64,000 bases of DNA from Nitrosomonadales bacterium (GTDB taxonomy: Bacteria > Pseudomonadota > Gammaproteobacteria > Burkholderiales > Gallionellaceae): the NCBI GenBank assembly GCA_947475825.1, contig CANJMS010000001.1, positions 517-64,516 on the forward strand, read 5' to 3'. Below, one piece after another: positions 29,759 through 37,625 of the stretch (positions are counted from its first letter, which is position 1; each line of letters begins with the position of its first letter). Below the pieces are notes generated by a model that was not told the DNA's origin, did not search any database, and saw only the letters and a program-made list of their open reading frames with translations. The position numbers were made by a program, and so were the translations under genes.

Positions 29759-31009
29759 TTAGACGGGTTCCAGCCGAATTAGCTTGCCATTATTTTCGTC
29801 GGTTAGCAAGTAAATAAGCCCATCTGATCCCACGCGCACATCGCGTATGCGTCCGAACTTGCCTTCAAACATCTGTTCTTGCGCGACCACCTTATTGCCG
29901 TCCAGCGTCACCCGTACCAGCAATTCTTTGGCCAGTGCACCGACAAAAAGATTGCCCTGCCATTTTGGAAAAGCATCACCTGTGTAGAATGCCATGCCAG
30001 ATGGGGCAATGGAAGGTGTCCAATGCAGCAGTGGTTGTGCCATGTCGGGATGCGCAGTGCCCACTCCAATTTTTGTACCGAAGACATAATTTACTCCATA
30101 GGAGATGACAGGCCAACCGTAGTTTACGCCTGCCGACAAGATGTTGATTTCATCGCCACCCTGCGGCCCATGTTCGTGTGTCCAGATTTCACCTGTCACC
30201 GGATGCATCGCTGCACCTTGCATATTGCGATGGCCCCAGGTAAATATTTCTGGCAGGGCAGTGGGCACTTTCGTGTAGGGATTGTCGGGCGGAATACGGC
30301 CATCATCCAGCAGTCGGATTGATTTACCCGCGTGGGTATTCAGTTGCTGCGCGTCATGTGCAAAACCCCGTTCTGGGCTATCACCGCGATCACCCAGCGT
30401 GACATGAAGATAACCCTGCCGATCAAACACGATGCGTGAGCCAAAATGTACGCTCTTTGCAGATTTCGGTTTCATTCTAAATAACACTTGCACATCGCGC
30501 ATGTGCGGTGAGTCGGCGGCTAATTTTCCGCGTGCTAGTTCAGTGCCGTAATGCCCAAAAGAGCCCGCGTTATAGGTCCAATAAATCCAGCCGTTTTCGG
30601 CATACTTGGGGTGGAGAACGACATCCAGCAAGCCACCTTGGCCGTGTTCCGCTACTTCCGGCAGGCCTTTAATCACATGACTTTTCAACACAGACAGTAA
30701 GCCGGAGTTAGATTGCGATTTAAGTTTTCTTGCATCCACCAATCGCATTGTGCCTTTACGTTCGGTGATGAGCCACCGACCATCCGGCAAAAAAGCCAGT
30801 GCCCACGGGTGTTCCAAGCCACTCATCAAAGTGACTGCGCGAACTTTATGTTGCGCGGTGTCAAAGACCTGCCCGCTATCGAGATTTTCCTGGGCGTGCA
30901 GATTGGTAGAAAAGTTGGCAGCAAAGCTGATGAATAGGAGCGTTGCAAGCGCGGGCAAGTAAATTTGTCGCATGAGGTTTGTCGGTATAGAAATTAATAA
31001 CATAGTCAT
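29759..31009 (-). CDS. PQQ-dependent sugar dehydrogenase (YliI/sorbosone dehydrogenase family)
   Basis: GLEHPWALAFLPDGRWLITERKGTMRLV...GSDGLIYLLTDENNGKLIRL is beta-propeller type. The start could be ATG 30973. Confidence 0.85.
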   Translation of the reverse strand: MTMLLISIPTNLMRQIYLPALATLLFISFAANFSTNLHAQENLDSGQVFDTAQHKVRAVTLMSGLEHPWALAFLPDGRWLITERKGTMRLVDARKLKSQSNSGLLSVLKSHVIKGLPEVAEHGQGGLLDVVLHPKYAENGWIYWTYNAGSFGHYGTELARGKLAADSPHMRDVQVLFRMKPKSAKSVHFGSRIVFDRQGYLHVTLGDRGDSPERGFAHDAQQLNTHAGKSIRLLDDGRIPPDNPYTKVPTALPEIFTWGHRNMQGAAMHPVTGEIWTHEHGPQGGDEINILSAGVNYGWPVISYGVNYVFGTKIGVGTAHPDMAQPLLHWTPSIAPSGMAFYTGDAFPKWQGNLFVGALAKELLVRVTLDGNKVVAQEQMFEGKFGRIRDVRVGSDGLIYLLTDENNGKLIRLEPV

Positions 31010-31027
31010 GTTCTTCTACTCTGGTGT

Positions 31028-31156
31028 TATTCCAATTCCTGATAAACAGGAGCACAAGGCGGCAAGGATGAGGCGACGAAGACAGTACATTTGAGTAAGG
31101 CTAGGAGCCGAAAACGAAGCCAACACAGTGATCGTTTTTATCAGGAATTGGAATTA
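31028..31156 (+). repeat. Interspersed hairpin repeat, copy 3 (short form, subfamily 2), overlapping the dsbB stop codon
   Basis: 19-20 bp terminal inverted repeats TTATTCCAATTCCTGATAAA / TTTATCAGGAATTGGAATTA. The core is nearly identical to the copy at 61.4 kb. Confidence 0.8.
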
Positions 31157-31678
31157 CGACGGCTTCCTGAATGCGATTAGTAGTGCCCACGCGCCGAGTA
31201 ATACGTACCAAATTAACGACCATTCTGGAATGTTTAGGCCAAGCATGCTCCAGCCTTTTTCGGCGCATTCGCCTGAGCCGTGCAGTAATTCTCGCAATAC
31301 TTCCGACAGGGGAAAATTGCCCACCATGAATTCCAATCCGGGGCCGCAGGCTGGTACTTCTTCCTTGGGTAAATGTTGAATCCAGATATGTCGCCCAGCC
31401 ACACTGATGCCACCGATTGCCAGTGTTGCGAGGACGCCGCCATAAATTTTTGTGCCCATGGAAATGGGGTTATGTGTGGCCGCAATAATAAAAACAATAA
31501 ACATCGCGATAAAAATAAAACGCTGAATCATGCACAAGGGGCACGGCTCCTGCCGCAGCATGTATTGCAGATACAGTGCTGCGCCATATAGCGCGGCAAT
31601 TACCACCGCGCCGGCGAGATAGAGCCAGCGGTTGGAAAGGGTGTGCCAAAGCGTGCAGCATCGAGATAAAAAACTCAT
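31154..31678 (-). CDS. dsbB: Disulfide bond formation protein B
   Basis: CPLCMIQR motif, 4 TM helices and a second Cys pair in the periplasmic loop. Confidence 0.85.
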   Translation of the reverse strand: MSFLSRCCTLWHTLSNRWLYLAGAVVIAALYGAALYLQYMLRQEPCPLCMIQRFIFIAMFIVFIIAATHNPISMGTKIYGGVLATLAIGGISVAGRHIWIQHLPKEEVPACGPGLEFMVGNFPLSEVLRELLHGSGECAEKGWSMLGLNIPEWSLIWYVLLGAWALLIAFRKPS

Positions 31679-31686
31679 TTAGGGAG

Positions 31687-31951
31687 CCTCTGATTAAGTC
31701 CCGCATGGCCGCGCATTCGGCTTTGCGGAATGGGATGCAAGAAAGGTGACGACGCGAATGGTTATTCCCTTCGCCAGGAACCTGACGCCGCAGACCGCCC
31801 GCAATGCCAATGTCCTTGTGGGTTGCGACAAAAATAGGCACTCGCTGTGTTGCGCTCCTTGGTATCGTAGAATAACTACGACCAGCGTCGCGCGCCTTGC
31901 GATCATCCATTTTTTGTCAGCAACGCGGTTCATGATGAACTTAATCAGAGG
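31687..31951 (-). repeat. Interspersed hairpin repeat, long (~265 bp) variant, immediately upstream of dsbB
   Basis: Terminal inverted repeats CCTCTGATTAAGT / ACTTAATCAGAGG. The interior aligns with the 63.1-63.4 kb copy (GCAAGGCGCG...CAAGGAGCG.CAAC...). Confidence 0.7.
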
Positions 31952-32001
31952 TTCCTTAGTGCTTTCTAAATTCATTTTATTGGGATGGATATACCATCAA
32001 G

Positions 32002-33177
32002 CTAACAACGTAATTGATTTATTTTACCTTTGACCAGGTTGATTGTGTAATCAATTTCTGCTTGCGTGGTCGTGCGCCCCAGACTGAAGCGAATCGTGCT
32101 GCGTGCCAGTGCATCACTCCTACCTAAGGCGCGTAAAACATAAGAAGGTTCCAAGCTGGCAGCAGTGCAGGCCGACCCGCTGGAAACAGCAATTTCAGTG
32201 AGCACATTGGTCAGTTGTTTACCCTCCACCCGCTCAAAACTGATGTTTAGATTGTGCGGTATGCGCTGCGTCATGTCGCCATTCAGGATAATATTTTTTA
32301 TGCCGGACAAACCCTGCCACAGGCGATCGCGCAACATTTTTATGCGTGCAAGCTCCGTATGCATTTCCGTTTGCGCCAGATGAAAGGCCGCACCCATGCC
32401 GACAATTTGATGCGTGGCCAATGTGCCAGAACGCATTCCACGTTCCTGTCCGCCGCCGTGCATCTGTGCCTCCAGCCGGACACGCGGTTTGCGCCGCACA
32501 TACAGCGCGCCGATGCCCTTGGGGCCATAGGTTTTATGCGCCGAAAAAGACATCAAGTCGACCGGCATTCGACTTAAATTTATCTCCACTTTACCTGTCG
32601 CTTGCGCTGCATCCACATGCAACAAAATGCCACGCGCGTGACAAATTTCACCGAGCGCGGCAATGTCCTGAATCACCCCAATTTCATTGTTGACCAACAT
32701 CACAGAAGCCAACAAGGTGTCAGGGCGCAGAGCAGCCTCAAATGCATTCAAGTCCAGCAGGCCATTGGTTTGAGGCGTTAAATAAGTAGCAGTAAAACCT
32801 TGCTGTTCCAATTCACCCACCACATCCAACACCGCTTTGTGCTCGGTTTTCACCGTCACAATATGTCGCCCTTTGTTTTGATATCCATCATGAAGAGAAA
32901 AGCGCGCCGCACCTTTTAACGCAAGATTATTTGACTCAGTCGCGCCCGAAGTCCACACGATTTCTCTGGGATCAGCATTCACCAGACTCGCCACTTGAGA
33001 TCGCGCATTCTCACACGCTTCCTCCGCCACCTTGCCATATAAATGCGGGCTGGACTGATTGCCAAATTTTTCGGTGAGATACGGAATCATCACCGCTGCC
33101 ACACGCGGATCGACAGGTGTGGTCGCGGCAAAGTCCAGATAAATCGGAAAGGGGTGATGTGAGACGGGGGAATTCAT
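32002..33177 (-). CDS. IscS/NifS-type cysteine desulfurase (orphan; no iscU/hscBA nearby)
   Basis: …[15 protein letters not shown]…[15 protein letters not shown]…[20 protein letters not shown]… motifs. Confidence 0.85.
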   Translation of the reverse strand: MNSPVSHHPFPIYLDFAATTPVDPRVAAVMIPYLTEKFGNQSSPHLYGKVAEEACENARSQVASLVNADPREIVWTSGATESNNLALKGAARFSLHDGYQNKGRHIVTVKTEHKAVLDVVGELEQQGFTATYLTPQTNGLLDLNAFEAALRPDTLLASVMLVNNEIGVIQDIAALGEICHARGILLHVDAAQATGKVEINLSRMPVDLMSFSAHKTYGPKGIGALYVRRKPRVRLEAQMHGGGQERGMRSGTLATHQIVGMGAAFHLAQTEMHTELARIKMLRDRLWQGLSGIKNIILNGDMTQRIPHNLNISFERVEGKQLTNVLTEIAVSSGSACTAASLEPSYVLRALGRSDALARSTIRFSLGRTTTQAEIDYTINLVKGKINQLRC

Positions 33178-33304
33178 TTTATGCGACTGGAATACGATAG
33201 CCGGATTTTACACGCAGATTGAAGCGCGCAGAGTGATTCACCCGACATGAATGCCCAGCAACATATCCATGCCTTGTCATACTAATGACCGAGATTATTT
33301 ACGC

Positions 33305-33332
33305 TTGACAACCTCCCCCCCCCCCCTATGCT
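33305..33332 (+). promoter_or_regulatory. Promoter-like site P1: TTGACA - 16 nt spacer containing C11 - TATGCT
   Basis: The hexamers and spacing are read directly. C-run at 33316-33326. Confidence 0.4.
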
Positions 33333-33416
33333 ACGGTGCAGTCCGCTGGCCATAGCTTTCCTTTAAAGTCATCCCAATACACGCTGCCCGCCATACCGCG
33401 CGTTAATTTTTTGTAT

Positions 33417-33443
33417 TTGGCAAACTCGGGGGGGGGGTAAAGT
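33417..33443 (+). promoter_or_regulatory. Promoter-like site P2: TTGGCA - 15 nt spacer containing G10 - TAAAGT
   Basis: The hexamers and spacing are read directly. G-run at 33428-33437. Confidence 0.35.
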
Positions 33444-33567
33444 TCGCGCGATTATTTGCGGCACGGAAGTACCGAAACGTAAACCTGATATTTATCGCTT
33501 GGTATCATCAGGCACCAGGCACAAATTGAACACAACGCAACAGCATACCCCGAGGAGGCTGGCCAGC

Positions 33568-35085
33568 ATGAACCGCATCGAATTCACCCGCGTATTGACC
33601 CGTAGCGTAACGACATTATTTATTGGTGCAGTATTGGCATCGTGTGGCGGGGGTGCCGACGTTGCACAAACCTCCGCCCCTAATACCTTGAGCGGCGTGG
33701 CGGCAGTAGGCTACCCGATTGTCGGCGGCACGGTCAGCGTGGTGTGCGCGGCGGGAGTTGTGCCAACCATTAACAACACAAGCGCCACGGGCGCATGGCA
33801 AGTATCCGCCGTCGGACTCACCCTGCCCTGTGCGGTTCGGGTATCCGGTGGGACAATCAACGGCGTAACCAGCACCGCGATGTACCATTCCCTCGCTAAC
33901 AGTATTGGCACCGTGAACATCACCCCGCTCACCGACCTGATCGTGGCCAATTTCGCACAAAGATCTGATCTTGATGTTTGGTTTGCCGGATTAAACCCTG
34001 CCGTAGTTGTTCAAGCTCAAATCACCCCAGCCTCGGTTGACGCGGCACTCGCCAATCTGCGCACAGCCCTTACCGAACTCACTCCGCTCGGCACGATCAA
34101 CCCCATCACCACGGCATTCACACCCACCGCTGGCAACACCACCGATGACATGTTGGTTGCCCTGAAAGTAGCTATGACTACCACGGGTGTCACGCACGCG
34201 GCATTGCTGAGCAATGCGTCACTCCCAATCTTCACCCCGCCTACAGGCTTCGGCCAAGCATTGACGACTGCCTTCGCAGGCACGGTGAGCGGCGGTGTGA
34301 AGCCCCCCGTCACTGGCCTCATCGCTACCGCCGGTGACGGGCAGGTGACTATCAGTTGGAATCCGGTTGCGGGAGCCACCTCCTACAAGCTTTACATGAA
34401 TACTTTGCCGGGCATATCCCTTACTGATCCTGCCAACATGCACCACCCGAGCGTAACCAGCCCGTTCCACCACCCCGACCTGACCAATGGCACAACCTAT
34501 TATTTTGTGGTGACGGCGGTTAATAAAAATGGTGAGAGCATCGAATCAAACGAGGTTTCGACTACCCCGCAAGCACCCTTCAGCAGTATTGCTGATGGTG
34601 CGAACCCGAATGACTGCGTACTGAACAACGTCACCGGCCTGATGTGGGAAGTCAAAACCACTGATCCAGTAGCTGGCGGCTTACGCGATTGGAACAAAAT
34701 TTACACCAACTACGACAGCACCTTATCAGCGCAAAAATTTGATGGTGTTTCGTCGGTCGCGCCCACCCAAGCCGAAATTGATGCGCCGACCAACAGTGTG
34801 GGCTTCAAGAACAGCGTCAATGCACAGGGGCTGTGCGGCTTCAACGACTGGCGTTTGCCGACTATTGGCGAACTGCAAAGCATCGTGAAGCCCGGCGTGG
34901 CTTTTCCCGGCCCCACTATTGACACCACCTGGTTCCCCAATACGAAGAATCAAGGGTTTTGGTCTGCCTCCCCCAACGTTGGCTACACCCTCGGCGCCTG
35001 GGGCGTCAATTTCAACGATGGCAACGTCAACCTCTATCTCCGCTACGGCAGTCGCTATGTGCGGTTAGTGCGTGCCGGTCAGTGA
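33568..35085 (+). CDS. Lipoprotein with FN3-like domain and C-terminal DUF1566 (Lcl C-terminal) domain
   Basis: The ATG at 33568 is preceded by GAGGAGG. Lipobox LASC-GG. FN3-like segment (GDGQVTISWNPVAGATSYKLY...YYFVVTAVNKNGES). DUF1566-like tail (TGLMWEVKT...WRLPTIGELQSIV...FWSASP...VRLVRAGQ). Confidence 0.75.
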   Translation: MNRIEFTRVLTRSVTTLFIGAVLASCGGGADVAQTSAPNTLSGVAAVGYPIVGGTVSVVCAAGVVPTINNTSATGAWQVSAVGLTLPCAVRVSGGTINGVTSTAMYHSLANSIGTVNITPLTDLIVANFAQRSDLDVWFAGLNPAVVVQAQITPASVDAALANLRTALTELTPLGTINPITTAFTPTAGNTTDDMLVALKVAMTTTGVTHAALLSNASLPIFTPPTGFGQALTTAFAGTVSGGVKPPVTGLIATAGDGQVTISWNPVAGATSYKLYMNTLPGISLTDPANMHHPSVTSPFHHPDLTNGTTYYFVVTAVNKNGESIESNEVSTTPQAPFSSIADGANPNDCVLNNVTGLMWEVKTTDPVAGGLRDWNKIYTNYDSTLSAQKFDGVSSVAPTQAEIDAPTNSVGFKNSVNAQGLCGFNDWRLPTIGELQSIVKPGVAFPGPTIDTTWFPNTKNQGFWSASPNVGYTLGAWGVNFNDGNVNLYLRYGSRYVRLVRAGQ

Positions 35086-35390
35086 TTGGGTTTTGGGTAT
35101 TGTTTTTTGCTGGGGGAATGGCGGAATAAGTTTGTAGCGGAGTTGCGTCATCCCCACCGTCACCGTGCCGCATGATCAGCGATAGAAAATTAAGTAAAAT
35201 GCAAATAAAAAGCCGCAATCACCTGAGGTTTTTTTGCTGGTGATGCGTGCAATTTGACTCGTCAGCATTTCAATCCTTGAATATTTTAATCGGCATACCA
35301 CACTGTCAACAGCCACTTGCAGAACGTTAGCTACTAGAGGATAATTCGCGGCTCTTTAAACCTGTTCCCGTAGAAACGAAGGCAAACCAA

Positions 35391-35612
35391 ATGAAAGCAG
35401 ACATTCATCCAACATATGGCGAAATCGAAGTCGGTTGTAGCTGTGGCAATAAATTTAAAACCAAATCTACGGTAGTGAAACCACTGCATGTGGAAGTTTG
35501 CTCAGAATGTCATCCTTTTTATACAGGGACGCAAAAGATTGTAGACACGGCTGGGCGTATTGAGAAATTTAACCAGAAATACAGTCGGCCAAGCAGCAAG
35601 ACAGCAGCCTAA
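35391..35612 (+). CDS. rpmE: 50S ribosomal protein L31
   Basis: [22 protein letters not shown]...[10 protein letters not shown]. Confidence 0.95.
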   Translation: MKADIHPTYGEIEVGCSCGNKFKTKSTVVKPLHVEVCSECHPFYTGTQKIVDTAGRIEKFNQKYSRPSSKTAA

Positions 35613-35645
35613 TCAGCTTGCGATAGTATCTTTTGGCAACAAACC

Positions 35646-35669
35646 AAGGCAGCTTACGCTGCCTTTTTT
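35646..35669 (+). terminator. rpmE rho-independent terminator
   Basis: AAGGCAGC-TTAC-GCTGCCTT followed by a T-run. Confidence 0.7.
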
Positions 35670-35726
35670 ATTTGTATTCATTCAGAGTTATGATTTATTC
35701 TTATCCAAATTTCTTAATACATCACC

Positions 35727-36844
35727 TTAGTAGTGTCTGGTTAAAAATCTAATAACATCAATCGATTATCGGATGGCGATGGAATCATTCTGTTGGTATA
35801 TGGCTGCAAGGCGCATGAAATCTCGGTTTTCTCGAAAACCGACACCGATAATATCTGTCGCAAAGTGTAAAGCGAGGCTTGGAGATGCAACTCTTTTTTG
35901 ACTATAGCGATCAGCACATAGGTGGACACCGCTACCCAAATTTGCGTCTTCCCGGTGCCGGGATAAAAGTTTCTCATAACCGCATTCTCGCGGATGCCCA
36001 AAAAACGCTTGATACGCAGGTGTTGCTTGATCCACTTGCCAACGCTGTTTGTAAAGTGCGGCAATGGGCAACGGCGGCAAGCTCGTATTGTTGGTCAGAA
36101 ACACCAGCGTCTTGCCGGACTCGGGATATTTGAAGCGGATACGCCGCAACTGTTCGGGGTAGTCGCGGGCCACGTAAAATCCGTTCAATGAGATGCGCTG
36201 ATCGCAAATCATCCCGGTTGCCCTGTCGGTCTTAGTCGAATACACGCGGTGAGCATTCATGCCACGCTTGGCGCGGGTCACAAAGAAGGCTCCGGCCTGA
36301 TGCAACGTGTGTATCTTCACGGCGGCTTTGGTACTGCGAAACGGCGTCCACCTCCGCCCAGATGTAACAAAGTCAGGCAATCCACTGTCCAACAAGCTGG
36401 ACGTGGAATTGACACTGCCAGTTGCGCCCTTAGCTGGCATCGGCCAGGGTCGAGCGACGCACGGTGGTGCGCAGTCCCATGAGGTAGAGCTTGCCCGGAT
36501 TGGCCGAAAGGCACGCTTCGATATCGCGCAAACTCTCTCGCCAAGTCAGTAGCGCGAAGGCCATGACGCGAAATTGTTCGGCGCAGCTGAGCACTCTCGC
36601 TCCCTTGTCGCCCCCATAACGCGCCACAATGCGGGTAAAGCTCGTCCACGGCATAAACTCCATTAGCTTGTGCACACAGGGTTTTGCCAATATACATGGT
36701 CGCCTCCAGCGTGTTGAAAACTCTGGGAACTACCAAAAAATTGAAATTCGTGTTTCAAGTCGGCACCAAATAAAATCGCTTGAAAACCCCCTCCAGTATT
36801 GGCTTTATCGAAATCTGGCAGGCATTTAACCGGACGCTACTGAC
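35727..36844 (-). mobile_element. Degenerate IS4-family insertion sequence (internally deleted, frameshifted)
   Basis: Imperfect terminal inverted repeats TTAGTAGTGTCTGGTTAAA (35727-) and TTTAACCGGACGCTACTGA (-36844). The interior encodes transposase pieces in three frames. Confidence 0.8.
35741..36700 (-). pseudogene. IS4-family (DUF4372 plus DDE) transposase pseudogene
   Basis: The pieces are MYIGKTLCAQ / LMEFMPWTSFTRIVARYGGDKGARVLSCAEQFRVMAFALLTWRESLRDIEACL... / ...AFFVTRAKRGMNAHRVY...LYKQRWQV / ...KQHLRIKRFLG..ENAV...IWVAVSTYVLIAIVKKEL. There are at least 3 frameshifts, and a central segment appears to be missing. Confidence 0.8.
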
Positions 36845-36885
36845 TTAATATAAATACTTAACATCACATAGTCCAAGTCCTTGCC

Positions 36886-36914
36886 ATGTGAATTATAATG
36901 GATTCCGTTCACAT
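36886..36914. promoter_or_regulatory. Possible TetR operator: 7-bp inverted repeat ATGTGAA-N15-TTCACAT enclosing a TATAAT
   Basis: The palindrome is read directly and lies 20 nt upstream of the TetR gene start. Confidence 0.3.
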
Positions 36915-36933
36915 ATTTACCCATTGCCTACCG

Positions 36934-37536
36934 ATGAAAACTGATCACTCACCCGCACCTCTGCCACCCAAACAAAAAATTGTCGCTGCCGCCGAGAATC
37001 TCTTTATGGCACAAGGTTTTCGTTCGACCACTATTGCTGAAATTGCTCATGCTGCGGAAATGTCACCTGCCAATTTATATCGCCATTACGAAAACAAGGA
37101 GGATATTGCTGCAGCCTGCGTTGAGCATTGCTTAGATAAAAAAAACAAAATACTTCGTGGCGTACTGCAGTCCAAACATGCCAACACCGCCATATTACTG
37201 GAGGCGTTTGTAATCGCACTGCTGCGCTATACCCATAACGAAGCCATGTGCAACTCAAAGCTTAACGAAATGTGCGAAACGGTAATCGCCCTGAGACCAG
37301 AAGCAATACATATCATAATGTCAAATCTGCAAGCGATGTTCGCGGAGATTCTGGCACGAGGCAACGCTAGTAAAGAGTTTGAGGTAAAGAATATTATGCT
37401 CACATCTGAAACGCTACTTGAGACGCTCAGCACGTTTTCCAACCCGCTGCTGATGCACTTGCATCCGCTGCCAGAATTTGAGCGACGCGCGCGTGAGGCG
37501 GTATCACTACTCGTACGCGGGTTGTCTCGGCAATAA
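36934..37536 (+). CDS. TetR/AcrR family transcriptional regulator
   Basis: The HTH region KIVAAAENLFMAQGFRSTTIAEIAHAAEMSPANLYRHYENKEDI follows the internal ATG at 36934. Confidence 0.8.
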   Translation: MKTDHSPAPLPPKQKIVAAAENLFMAQGFRSTTIAEIAHAAEMSPANLYRHYENKEDIAAACVEHCLDKKNKILRGVLQSKHANTAILLEAFVIALLRYTHNEAMCNSKLNEMCETVIALRPEAIHIIMSNLQAMFAEILARGNASKEFEVKNIMLTSETLLETLSTFSNPLLMHLHPLPEFERRAREAVSLLVRGLSRQ

Positions 37537-37625
37537 ATTTGACTTGTCACGATGTAAATATAATGATAGCTTATTTACATCTTTCATCTAATCCAACAAC
37601 CCCCACAACCATTCTAAAAGTCACC

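Noticed and set aside
31470-31975. ORFs 31470..31910(-) at 146 aa and 31694..31975(-) at 93 aa lie upstream of dsbB.
   Set aside because: They run through the 265-bp palindromic repeat element (31687-31951) and overlap dsbB out of frame. Their translations are Arg-rich nonsense with no RBS context. I treat them as non-coding repeat sequence.
33316-33437. The C11 and G10 tracts might pair with each other as a long-range stem or attenuator.
   Set aside because: If P1 is a real promoter, the C tract lies upstream of its transcription start and would not be in the same RNA. Each tract also fits a promoter spacer on its own. I keep the pairing only as an alternative explanation.
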